Under the pieces are notes generated by a model. The model did no database searches. It worked only from the letters and a program-made list of their open reading frames with translations, and had not been told where the DNA came from. DNA of 64,000 bases from Octopus vulgaris (taxonomy: Eukaryota): contig OX597815.1 of NCBI GenBank assembly GCA_951406725.2, positions 87,854,001 to 87,918,000 on the forward strand, written 5' to 3'. Position 1 is the first letter of the stretch, and each line of letters starts with the position of its first letter. The translations under genes were made by a program, and so were the position numbers. Positions 14,271 through 27,230 of this stretch are shown here, in pieces.

Positions 14271-14553
14271 CTGTTAATGATAGCGGTGGTGATGGTGGTG
14301 ATGACGACTACGACGATCGTCACCGCCACCTCTATCGTCACCATTAACAGCAATATCATTACCGCCGTTACCACTACTACACCATTATTGGCATCGTCGC
14401 AATAGCCATTGCTATAACCCTCATAACTATCGCATTACCATCACTTTTGTTATCATCATCATCAACAACAAAACAACAACAAGCTTTGCAATAAGTTCCA
14501 TATATATCATTGTTTTGATGAAAATTGTTCATTGCTTGAAAAATATTGGTCAA

Positions 14554-14586
<33 letters not shown>

Positions 14587-14590
<4 letters not shown>

Positions 14591-14875
14591 TGAAATTCCA
14601 ATTAAGTCTGCTTTTCACGTTTTATTATTTGCAATTTTTACAATTTTACAATATTGAAATAAAGTAGTACTTTCATGCGTTACGCAATCGTCAGGTTTAT
14701 GTAGCAACAGTCGTGTTCCACAATTGACGACTGTATCAATTGTGACGACTGTCACTACATAAACCCGATGACTGCGTAACGCATGAAAGTACTAGTCATT
14801 TCAATACTGTAAAATTGTAAAAATTGCAAATAATAAAACGTTAAAATCAAACTTAGTTGGAATTTCATTGATTAA
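14587..14875. mobile_element. Fold-back MITE with about 130-bp imperfect inverted arms
   Basis: aatgaaattccaa...tactttcatgcgttacgca..tttatgtag is mirrored by ctacataaa..tgcgtaacgcatgaaagta...ttggaatttcatt. Lies between (TA)n and (CA)n. Confidence 0.85.
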
Positions 14876-15079
14876 CACACGCGCGCACGCACACACACGC
14901 ACACACACACACACACACACATACACACACACACACAGAGATTAACTTATCAATCAATTCAAAAAACTACATAACGACGAAAAAAGAAATCCCAATTAGA
15001 GATACACAGGGAAGTTGCTGAAATAAAGAATAGGGTACATACTGAAGCAGTATTTAACACACAAGTTCCGTAGAGTTAA

Positions 15080-16110
15080 GAAAATAATCCCCCAGTTAAA
15101 TGGAATCTAGGCATTGAAATTAGGGAAATTACACTTGATGAGATCCCAAAAGCAATTAAGCAGTTAGAGGATCGAAAGCACCAGATGTAGACAGAATTAC
15201 ATCTAAGACGGTAAAAGCTGAATGAATTAAATATCAACTTTGCCGTCAAGTTTGCTTTATTGCATCTGGAAAACAAATTAAATTACCACAAGATAGGAGA
15301 AACTAAGTTATAGTTAAAATATTTTAAGAGAGACTTGCATGAACTTAGGAACCGGTGAAGTATTACTGTGTTACTTATAGTCATGAAAGCGTTTTGCAGA
15401 GTTTATAGAGCCATTTTAAGTAAAACAAATTCTTGAAAAAGGATTAAGCAACTTTCAGAAGTGGGTAGAAAATGTGATGTCCAAATCTTTACAATTATTA
15501 TACAACAAGCAAATGAAATGAAGATGCCCCTAAGAATATGCTTTGTTGATTTCTAGACACCTTTTGAAAGCATAACGCAACATGCATCATCAAAGGCAAT
15601 GAAAAGTTATGACATTCCTCAAGAATATACTGACATGATTTCAAGCATTCAAGAAGGAATCTTGATGAATTTAACTCTCAGGTAACCCTCTGAAGTTAAG
15701 TTGGAGTGATTCGGGAAGACATGTCTTCTTTGTGATTGATTATGGGAAGGAAAAGTTTTGCAGGAAGAGTTTAAGGAATACAATGGCCGAAATAACAAAA
15801 TGTTAGCAGATCTAGATTATAATGACGTCCTGATAATGATTTCAAGAACAGAAGGAAATGTAACTAACATTAGTTAATCAATAAGAGCAAGTTGAGTATG
15901 ATTTTTAACTGTTCAAATACAAAAATTATGAATATATGTTGTGCCAGTCTGTCTAATTGCAATATAAAGGAAGAATCAATAAAAACCTATTACTTGAAGA
16001 AGAGGAGGATTGCGGTTGCATATAATGGATCGTTTTGTTCGAAATTTGGAGAAAGAATTAAACAAGCAGAACAATTAATCTGCATATTAAAATTTATACG
16101 AAAGTCCGTC
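15080..16110 (+). mobile_element. Highly degenerate RTE-like reverse transcriptase fragment
   Basis: EITLDEIPKAIKQLEDRKAPDVDRIT, ICFVDF*TPFESI and LADLDYxD remnants. Confidence 0.7.
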
Positions 16111-16544
16111 TGTAGCTCGATTTTGTTGTGCCTTGTAGCTGGAAATCAAAGCCAGAACACACTTTACGGTTATAGATATTAACGCTTTGGCTAATTTGGT
16201 TGCAGATATATTGTACCTAGGAATTAGAATTTTCAATTTTGGAATGCCTTTGATTAATGGTCTGATTAATCAGCCCTGATCTGGGCTTAAACGACAACAA
16301 CATCGGCCTGACATTTACTACCACCACAACTACAATAAGCACATCATCATTAACAACAACAGTAATACCAACAATAAAAACAGGAAGTACTCTTGTTATC
16401 TCCCTTTCCGATGTCACAGTTTTGCACAAAAATACTGTTAAGCGCTTCCTCACGCAAATCAAAATATGTAAATAATCTAAAAGTTCTATAATACATCAAT
16501 ATCATAAAAATCACTTTTATGGAAATAAAATATTTTATAATCAC

Positions 16545-17097
16545 TCACGACGTTCATGCTGCGATAATTCAGGAAGCGTTCATACTAGTAGAAAACAATA
16601 TTCTCAGTATTCAAAATTATACTCAAATCAGGATAGACTGACATTTTCACAACGGAACTGGCCATACACGAAATATACATTTACAACATGCACAAAACTT
16701 GTATTCAGTATCTGGACACCCAAAATTATATTCATAAACTAAATGCAAACGATATAATAACAGAAATGCAAGCTTTTAAATTATAAACCAGCACAAGAAG
16801 TACATGAATATGTATATAAATAGGCCCTGCCCTGTTTAACATCGTCCCAAAACTGATTAAAGAGAAAAAGGATCGCATCACCTTTAAACGGAGTCTGGAC
16901 AAATTTCTTCAAGGAATACCAGATAAGCCACCCATACCTGGATAAAACTCACTCAACAAGAACTCACTACTTGAATGGACCATAAACAAAACTTGACTTA
17001 AAAAGGATTTAGATAATCCTATCAGGTGGTGCTATTAAGTTAGACATGGCCTGGACCAATCTTTAGTTGAAACATATCTAAGTTTTATCTAAGTTTA
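16545..17097 (+). mobile_element. CR1-group LINE remnant (3' end, probably internally deleted)
   Basis: GPALFNIVPKLIK...FKRSLDKFLQGIPDKPPIPG..NSL C-terminal motif, followed by a short tandem tail (tatctaagttt)x2. Confidence 0.75.
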
Positions 17098-17109
17098 TAT
17101 ATATATATA

Positions 17110-17430
17110 TTAGAAGAAATGAGGTACTCTTTTAGAGATAAGAGTCTCATCTATCTACCCTGATGAAAGAAGCTCTGGATTTTAACAATGTTTATTTGCT
17201 TCCCATTACTGACTGCAAATTTTTGAACTACATCTGCCAACATTATGAAGTAACTCCGTGCCCCTAGAAACAGTTGTCGGACTTGTAATGACTTATCTTC
17301 TCCCTTCTAATTTTTTGAGTCTTTATAATCTGAATAAGTTTGCTTTATTAAAAATATGTATATTTATACTTGATTGTTAATCATCTGAAAATTTTAATCC
17401 TCCCTTCGCTTTTTACATGTATACATGTAT
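17110..17430 (+). mobile_element. Probable Penelope-like pseudo-LTR remnant with a hammerhead-like core
   Basis: Short terminal inversion atgag..actctt/aagagtctcat, CTGATGA at 17160-17166 and GAAACAGTTGTC at 17267-17278; adjacent to (TA)n. Confidence 0.45.
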
Positions 17431-17599
17431 ACATACTTTGTACATTAAACCCAAGGTCTTTATCTGTTCATGTGAATCCTTGTCTCCATATCTGTTCACT
17501 TGGATTCCCCTTACAGCCACACTTTACCCAGATAAGTTCAAATCATTTGAGAGCTACTAAGTGTTTTCCATATTGCGATTCTCTCCGTCTCATCTACTC

Positions 17600-17993
17600 T
17601 TTTACTTGTTTCAGTAATTTGACTACAGCCATGCTGGAGCACCGCCTTTAGTCGAGTAAATCGACCCCAGGACTTATTCTTTGTAAGCCTAGTACTTATT
17701 CTATCGGTCTCTTATGCCGAACCGCTAAGTTACGGGGACGTAAACACACCACTATCGGTCGTCAAGCTATGTTGGTGGGGGGACAAACACAGACACACAA
17801 ACATATATACACACACATACATATATACATATACATATACACGACGGGCTTCTTTCAGTTTCCGTCTACCAAATCTACACACAAGGCTTTGGTCGACCCG
17901 AGGCTATAGTAGAAGACACTTCTTTAAGGTGCCACGCAGTAGGACTGAACCTGGAACCGTGTGGATGGTAAGCAAGCTACTTACAACACAGCC
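17600..17993 (-). mobile_element. tRNA-derived SINE family B
   Basis: Reverse complement of 52188-52590. Other copies at 38782-39100(-), 45935-46270(-) and 27265-27430(-). Confidence 0.9.
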
Positions 17994-19552
17994 AGAGAGA
18001 GAGAGAGAAAAAAAGATAGATAGATATGTATGTATATGTGTGTGCGTGTGTGTGTAGGTTTGTGTGGGTGTGGGTGTATTTATAATTATATGTACTAAAC
18101 CCAAACTCACCAACCATTCCAGCTTCAACACTGATACTTTCACAAGCATTATCATTGCAAGAGACTTCCATACACTCAACACTTTGCAATTTTCAAATAA
18201 TACAGATGGAAAAGAAATAACTTAATATCATCACATCAACTTCTCATACGAACTCTGTTAAATTCCCAGAATCTGGAAGTTGAGAAATATTATAACAATT
18301 CTGAACCAAAAATAAACCTGAGCAAAGTAACGTCATACAGCCCCAACACCGTCCAATGCATTCTCTCAAAAATTGTAGGAAGGCTGGTTCTTGATATCCG
18401 TAACCAATACACCCGTCCTGTTCAAATCGCAACACAGATTTACAAAACTGCTCTTAACCCTCATATTACATGGATACATGATGGTTTTAATAACAAAACT
18501 TCCACATACACCATTTAACTACGATCGGCATTAGCAGAGCTTTCGTCTCCATCTAGCATCACCTTAAAAAATAATATTATAAAATTGGCCAGCAAACTAC
18601 TTGCCTAGCCGCCAATCCTGTACAGTGTACAAGAGCGGTACTTCTAGAACTTAGTATCACAAAGATCTATTTCCTCACTCACTCTTTTCAACTTATAGGT
18701 ACAAGATCTTCACATATTTCCACAAAATATACAGACAGCTTAATGCGCTGATGACTTCACACGTTAGACATCCTCCTACCGTTCTCCGAGCACTATTCTA
18801 TAACAACTCCAATACTATATAAATCACTTAAAAATCTAACTCTATTATGGACTTAATGTAGTACTTATTAAACCTACTGCTTCCTTTATTAACACAATCA
18901 CCAAAAGTATCAAATAAAGTTATCTCGACGGATTTTCTACAATGCTGGCAATAATTTCTATAGAAAATCTGTAGAATTAATCTTTAAAAAAGTGATTTAA
19001 CAGTACTGCTAACACGGTAAGGCACAGTATTGACTTATGAAACCTTTAATATATTTGGTAGTATGTGATGAGTGCATAACGAAATGCTGTGACTCTACAA
19101 GTAATTGATCAAATAAAATATCTTCATATTTAACGTAAACATACTGTACACACAGAAAAGGAAAAAGTGTGCCAGGAATTACATGCAACTCCCCCTCAGC
19201 ATTCATAATGCACATAGAATAATGTACAGGAATCAAAAGATGCGTAAAGCAGTAATACATACTTCTTTGGTCATCAGAAAGGAACAACAACAGAGTACAA
19301 ACACTAAAGTGGATCCATAACGTATTGCACAAATTCCGCTAGGGCTCCGTGATTTCCCCACAATAAACCATAATAAACTATAAAGAACACAAAACAGTAC
19401 CCTGTGCATCATAGCAAGTTGTACGCAGAGCATCGGCATAACGAAACAAAAAGGACAAAAAGGAGAAAAGTAGGAGACTACGTGGACATGTGAGGGACAC
19501 AGTTGTTACAATCTTCAGGCCCCACACATCCTGTTCACCAGCCAATACCATC

Positions 19553-19910
19553 CATGTGTCCAGAGGTCGGCTTGCCAAGATTCTCCAGTTCCTTCCGTTT
19601 TGTGCTGCATTCATACAATCAGCTGATCTCTTGTTCGCAATCCATTCTTTGATGTCATCAGTATAATGAACACCTTTGGCAGCCTCTTGTTCTCTTTTCC
19701 TGCACAATTCCTGTCAGGATGGTCACAAGCAATGACTCTAGGTGCGTCATATGTTCAAAATATGATAGCTTTCTCGACAATAGATGTCTTTGGACGTTCA
19801 ACTTTTCTAGTACTGCTGCGTTTGGTACTCTGCCATTCTAGCTTATTCTGCCTAATCTGCGAAAGATCCACGTACTAAAGACATCTTTTTTCCCATTGCT
19901 CTGTACATTG
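19553..19910 (-). mobile_element. RTE-type LINE 3' fragment
   Basis: TILTGIVQEKRTRGCQR...YTDDIKEW...AAQNGRNWR C-terminal motif. Confidence 0.75.
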
Positions 19911-20184
19911 TCCAAAGTTCTTCCTCCTAGAGGATATTTTGCAAAATATGACAATTTTCAGCCACCACACTCTCTATCACTATATGAAAACAAAAACCAC
20001 CTCCAAACACCCAAACCTATACAAATACCAGGGTACAATGGCAACAATATCTTTCCTATTCACCATAAGGAGCACATACACTCAGAATTGAGACCATTGC
20101 AATGATCTCATTAGTATGTATCCCATGTACACATCATCATCATCATCATCTATCAACGAGGTTGAACAACCAATCCCAACCAGT

Positions 20185-20462
20185 CTGGTTGGATTCACTT
20201 TATACGTTGTACTATGCATACTTTCGATCGCTGAAAACCAAACGTGGCTTGCGAGACCTCTGTTCGGGTGATTTCCCTGAGACACCGTCTCACCCTTATA
20301 AACCATTTCGTCGCAAGGTTGCCTATTTACAGCTGAGTGAACTGGGGAAACGTAAAATGGAGTATTTTGCTGAAGAACACAACGCACAGTCGGTCTGAGA
20401 ATCGAAACCACGATCTCTTGATTGTGATTGCAACACTCTAACCACTAAGTCATTAGGCTATG
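20185..20462 (-). mobile_element. tRNA-derived CORE-like SINE family C
   Basis: acagctgagtgaactgg..cgtaaaat..tttgctgaagaacacaacgca..aatcgaaacc, shared with 38045-38387, 37320-37563 and 60405-60731. Confidence 0.75.
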
Positions 20463-20942
20463 CACTTTCCCTAGGATACACAGTATCAACAAGTGTAAAG
20501 GAACAATAACCATTACGTTCTGACCGAGTTCATCTTGCCGCTTCATCATGGCTACCACCATAATCTACAGGCGCACAGAAATTGGCTGAGAAATAGAGAG
20601 AGTGCAACATATATATAGACTAATTTACCTTTCTCCATTATTATGAGTCATTATTACATGTTAAAGTGTGTAGTATTGTCCTCAATGAGTTTGAGACATG
20701 GAACACCCAAAAGGCAAAAACTATACGAACTCGTCTGTCGCACCTCCTCGTTTGACTGACTGTCTGCATTACATTGGACTGCTCGATTAGTGCTGGCCCA
20801 GGGCTAAACGAAAGCTACCAGCAACAACAACGACGATGATGACGACGACTATAACGGGATTATTCTTTGAGCAAAATTCTAGAAACCTGGAATACGTTAG
20901 TTTATTGTCTGTTGTTTGCAACCATGGCAACAGCAATACAGT

Positions 20943-20994
20943 CTTGTTGTTGTTGTTGTTGTTATTGCCGTTGTTGATGTTATTATTATTATTA

Positions 20995-21070
<76 letters not shown>

Positions 21071-21173
21071 CATTGCTGTTATTTTGTTGAGTGCAGGGTA
21101 TTTTGACGTATCAAGATTACAGCCAGATCATATGCTAATGTCTTTATCACGCTGGTACCTATTTACATACACT

Positions 21174-21219
<46 letters not shown>

Positions 21220-21220
21220 A

Positions 21221-21310
<90 letters not shown>

Positions 21311-21470
21311 AATATATATATATATATATAAGCCTGGTTGTGTGTGCACCTTATATATTTTTGCGTGCGTGTGCATGTGCATGCATGTATGTATATATAT
21401 GTATAGAAACACACACACACACACACATAAACACACACACACACACACACACAGATATATATATATAAAT
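20943..21470. repeat. (TTG)n/(TTA)n, (CA)n and long (TA)n microsatellites
   Basis: Direct observation. Confidence 0.95.
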
Positions 21471-24400
21471 GCGGTGCTCCAGCATGGTCGCAGTCAAATG
21501 ACTGAAACAAGTAAAAAAATATATATATATATATTCGTGTTTGTGTGCATATATATGAATACGTCCAAGATATAATACATATACATACATGCATATACGC
21601 GCACACATACATAAGTAAACACGTATGTATTTCTATATACGTGTTTATATGTTTATATGTGTATTTGGAGTGATTTTTAGAGGGAGTAACCCTTTAACAT
21701 TCCACAGTTTGTTGCATAGACATCATCACGCTTTTATGAAGCCATATATATACATATACATACTTCCATATACAACCATATATATATATGTACTTTTACA
21801 TACATACATGCATGTATACATAAGTACATACATATACACACATACATATACATACATACGCATACATACGAACATATATACTTGCACATATATAGACACA
21901 TACATATTCATATACACACACTCATGTACACATTCGTACATAATGCCTATGTGTAAGCATTCATCTGCTTGTTATTTCTTTGTATGTTTTTTGTTCCTCT
22001 TGCTTTTAAATCTTTTTGACTTATGTGAAAAAATACTTCTACTCATATTTTTACACATGTTTATCTTTCCACTTAAAGCTGGAGGTGTTTTTCCATCGTA
22101 TAATTTCATTAGAACTACGGCAGCGATGAACGACGGGAGTGGTGTGCGTGGCGGTCGCCGTGGCTACGAACAATCATGACGATGAATCTGGGCGTACAAT
22201 GATGATGATGATGATGATGGCGATGATGACGACGACGGTGACGACAATGTATATAATAGTTGAAAACGACGACGATTACGATGATGTGGTGGTGGTGGTG
22301 GTGGTGGTGGTGGTGAAGGATGATGATGATGATGATGATGCTGAGACTGGGTTCTAAGTACTGTGGGTCGTTGACCGCATAGCATTTGATGATGTCATTC
22401 ATTCTTATATTTTAAGGTTTCTACAAATTTGCAAAAGAATTCAACAGTCATCAGTAGAGTGCTGAAACCAAGGCGCCTGCACTACACTTTTAGTTGGCTT
22501 TTTTTATGGCTTAAGTAGAATCTATGTTCATGACCTCTGCATATTTTCTGGAATTGAGATGTGGTATCAGAAACGTTCACTGTAAACATCTCTAAGAGTA
22601 CGCCTGCAAGAAAAATGTAGACGAACAGGAAATTCCTGTGGATTGAGTGTTCTGGACAGGAGAGACTGCGTAAATCAGTTAGTGTGGTCCCTTTGGGGAT
22701 TAGCATAGTAAAGGTGACGAAAAGATAAGCAATGGGTGAGTCAAACGAGGACAAGGTGGTAGCGGTATGTAACCAGCAACTTCAGGGATTGTTTTAGTAA
22801 TGATAGAAGAGAAAGGGTGGAAACATAGACCTGTGGATCAGAATTTATACTATTTTGATGAGTGAGTCTATAATGATCAGTCAGAGGGTGGGGACGTTGT
22901 AAATGTGGTCCAAGGTGTTTGCGTGTGAGTAGCAGTATTACTGCCCCAAATGTGAGATCAGTACTTCATTTCACGTCGTGCTTAAGTTTTGTAGTGGATC
23001 AGCAATTAATAGGAGCTGGAGTATTTCTGGCCCTGAAAAGGAAGTCGAATATTTTGGAGTTACAGAGTTTACTGTGGTACGTCGTGTAGACGCCAAGCGA
23101 GATCTTCAGATATTGTAAAGCCAACAATTTGAAGCAAACACGTGGCTCACTCACGTAAATCCCAGACTTTTTTGTTTTTGAGTCGTGTTTATGAATATAG
23201 TTTTCATTAGGTTAGAAACAGGAAAAATTTTGTTTTGTATCTTCCCATTTTCTTCAAGCAATAAGAAATGTTAACTCAAATTCTTCTTGACTTTATTCAC
23301 ATAATTCCTTCCGTTAGCTTCAAATATTTAAGCAATCAACGAGTGGTCATTTTACAAACGCGGCCTACTTTTGGATCAAGAAGCATATCAAAGACAAGAG
23401 AACGTTTAACCTCGCTTAACCATGGTGTTGTATTACATTATAGAACGTGTCCTTTCTTCATTCAAGATGCTAGGATACAATTTGAGAAAGATTTGCTACC
23501 TAATTCTGGCAGGTTGAATGACTGAGCAGAGGCTGTCACTTTGGCTCGTCAGGTACCTGTTATATAAGGCGATTTGAAATTGTATGCTAGAAATTGCATC
23601 AACTTCACCGATTTACTAAGAATATCGCTAGATTCATCTTTCTCTAACGTTTCCGCAACACCCATAAGTCCTAAAAACAATACACCGGAGAAAAGACAGC
23701 ATAATCACAGCTGGAACTAATTGTTGTCCACTACCCTAGGAACTCGGCAATTTATACTCTCTGTCTGCCTGTTTCTCTCCTCTCCGCCCATCTCTGTCTT
23801 TCTGTCTCTATCTCTCTCTTTCTCTCTCTTTCTATCTCTCTCTCTCTCTCTCTTCAAACATGAAGCATAAAAGTAGCAACAAAAATCTGACAACTTTTAC
23901 AAAACATGTAGATATGGAAGACTATTCGTTTCACAAAATTCTCAACATACAACCCATCTGTGATAGGAGAGTATTTTACTGAAAAGAGGCCTTTTAAAAC
24001 TTTGTCCTAGTGTTTTCAGATTAGATCATATATAATGCATTTTCTTTTTCGAAAATCTTAAGTACACTTCCAATAGTCACCAGGGACAAGCGACAACGGT
24101 GACTAGCATGGAGTCGCTTAAAAACACACTCCAGTCTCTGGCTTGAAGACTGACTCCTCATTTTGCCTTTCCTACTGCTATAACACTGATTTCTTTTCCT
24201 CAGGACAAGCTGATCTCCATCCAAGCCCCACAACTCATACATCTTTCTTCTTCACATCATTTATTTAGTATCCACTCAGGCTACGCATTTAACAACTATG
24301 CTAAATTTTTCGTCTCCAATTCTCTGAAATTTGCCCTGCTCCCTTGTTTTTCCTGCAGTTATCAGCTTTCAGATATTAAAAAGACCAATTACATTGAACC

Positions 24401-24750
24401 GGGTAGTTTAGCGAGGGCTATGAGGACAACGTATTCGTACAGATAAAGCATAATGCTAACTCTTATGATTCTCTTTGAGAATTAAGTTTCTAGTAATACT
24501 GTCGTCCTCAAGTATTTACCGTGTTGGACAATCGAGGTCTACTAAGTCGGTACTTAGCTCCAAATTTTTTTGCTATCAAATATATAGACGATAAATCTCT
24601 CTGTGAATATGTCGCCAGTCCGTCACAACTGTTTTATCCAGAGGGAAATTCTAAGCAGTGCAAGTTATCGAGACCATTGTCAAATCGACACTGAAGCGTT
24701 AGCTGGCAACGGTAAATTTACCACTCTGACGTAGCTTTTTAGTGTTAGAT

Positions 24751-25084
24751 CAGGCGTTCTCAACCTTTTTTTTTTTTTGCCTATGGACTCCTTTGATTAC
24801 TATTTTATTTTGGTGGACTCCTACAACCATTCGATGTTTAAAAACTAGTTTTATAGATACTTCTTTCAAATTCCTGTTTTGTTTTTCCTACATTAACTTA
24901 TGTAGGTTGAACTACATAAAATGTTAGAGAAAGAAACCTAGCTGTTTCTTGCAATACATACCAATACATACATGTAAAGTAAGATGGTTTTAGGGGCTCT
25001 TAGAATACTATTGTGGATTTCCAATTTACTATTTTGTTGTGAGGACCCCAAAAATCTCATATGGACCCCAGTTAAAAACCACTG
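24751..25084. mobile_element. hAT (Charlie-like) non-autonomous element
   Basis: Termini CAGGCGTTCTCAAC / GTTAAAAACCACTG; 8-bp flanks tgttagat / aattagat (6/8) resembling the NTCTAGAN target; repeated tggac(c/t)cc subterminal motifs. Confidence 0.75.
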
Positions 25085-25567
25085 AATTAGATGGTGTCGA
25101 CTTCTTCCATAGACATAGTGCGCTGTCGAAGTTAATAGATCGAGACTCTGCTAACTTGTTCATCGGTGCGCCTTTCAGCATTTAATAAACAAATATCAAA
25201 ATTCAGACGTTACTTAGAATCATACAACAGTTCACTTATCGTGGATGACTTCAGGTTTCATGATCGAACAACTTATTGATGTTAGGGTTTGCTATGACAT
25301 CAAGGAGCCTATGTTTTCTATGTAGACTCCTTTCGATTTTGTAGCGTAGTGATTATCTGCTCTGCTAGTTAGAAACTCGAAGGAATCTTTCGAATCATCA
25401 AGACAGCCTCAAGTCGTTCGCCCGATTTGCTAAAAGTAGGAGCCAAATTTCCTAAAATCACATCTTAAAAAGAGGTCACATGAGATACTGTAGTCCTATA
25501 TATTAAAAAATATATAGTATAGTTACGGCGAGAATGTCTTTGATTTTAAGGTCTGTTAAAGGTGGTT

Positions 25568-25725
25568 AAAGTCGGCGTCAGCAGTATTTGATCTCAGAAA
25601 GCAAAAAATCGGAAAAAATACAACCAAATATTTTGTCCGACACGTTTGCGTGTCGGACAAAATATTTGGTTGTATTTTTTCCGATTTTTTGCTTTCTGAG
25701 ATCAAATACTGCTGACGCCGACTTT
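25568..25725. repeat. Perfect 77-bp inverted repeat with a 4-nt loop
   Basis: 25568-25644 is the exact reverse complement of 25649-25725. Confidence 0.97.
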
Positions 25726-27198
25726 GCCTTTCATTATTTCGGGATCGATAAAATAGTCACCCGTTGAGCTCTGATATTGATGTAATCGACTACCCACTTC
25801 CCCGACCCGAATTTCAGCCCTGCGCCTCAAAGTAAAAAGGTCTGCTTAATAGAGGTTGATGCTGGAGTGAGCAACAATAATACGAACAACAACAACATTT
25901 GGAATCTAAGGGATAATCTACAGAACAGTTTTGAATGCTTTTCTATGAGTAAACGCTTCTCGGAGTAATGATATTCTTTTAATATGTAAAACACACTACG
26001 TCGGAAAAAATACTTAGCGGCATTTCGTCCGTCTTCACGTTTTGAGTTCAAATTCTGCCGAGGTCGATTATGCCTTTCACCTTTTCGGAGAGGATAAAAA
26101 GAGTATTAGTTGAACACTGGGGACGATGCAATCGACTTACCCTCATCGCCCGAAATAGTTGGCCTTGTACCAAAATCTGAAATTAATATGAAAAGCCCGC
26201 CTACTTTCACATTGGTATCGCAGACCAATTTAAAAGAGAGTCATTCAAGATCTTTTTTTCTTTCTTTCTTTCTGTCTTTCTGACAATCCTCAAATAACTC
26301 ACGTCTCAGGTATGCTTACTATTATACTCCATGAACAGATCTTCTTACAGTTTAGAAAGAATTATTTTATAGAAATATGATTCAGTCTAAAAGGAGAAGA
26401 GTTTTCCAGAATTTGTCTAAGACGAGAAGGGCAAAAACACAACGATGTTTCTCTAGCAACTAATCCCGCTAGCAACTGGCTGAGTAGAACCACAGTTTAC
26501 ATGATGGATATATTCGGTAACATTCTTTTAGAAATATGTAATCAAAAAAGAACGTCGGCACAATGCTTACTTAGGGAAATGACTTGAAGGAAACTATATT
26601 AATAGTTCTCCCTGTGTTTGGGTTCGGATTTCAAATGTTATTCAATATCTGACAATTCTCTTTGATTTTACATAGGTTCGTTTTCCTGGTGAAATATTTT
26701 TCATATTACTTTGATACATTTTTTATACATGCATACATTCAGATGTGTGTGTGTGTGCGTGTGCGTGCATGCATACGTGCACGTGTGTATGTGCGCACGT
26801 GTATGTGTGTGTATGTATGTGTGCATGTATATATTATCATTATTCATTATTATTATTTGTGCCAAAGTCTGAAATCATCTTCACCATCAACATCATCATC
26901 ATCATCATTATTATTATTATTATTATTATGATCGCACTTTTCTAATAAAATATTTGCCAACAACTTGTCATTCCTCAGCTGAATTAGGAATCCGTGTGGA
27001 ATACACACTCTCTCCAAGAAATATCAGTATTCAGTCAGTTGCTCTCATGTAAGTCGCGTTGGTATTTAATCAAAATATAGTTAACCAGGTAAGTTTTTCT
27101 GAATATAGTCTACAGATGTTACAGGCTAACAAAGGAGTAGTACTGAATGGTACAGTTTGTTTGGTATACTCAGCAGTTTATTTATACAGAGTGGGTGT

Positions 27199-27230
<32 letters not shown>

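Noticed and set aside
20517-20600. Strong minus-strand acceptor followed by NFCAPVDYGGSHDEAAR*
   Set aside because: All frames close before the next donor; the faint ELOVL-like resemblance is not supportable.
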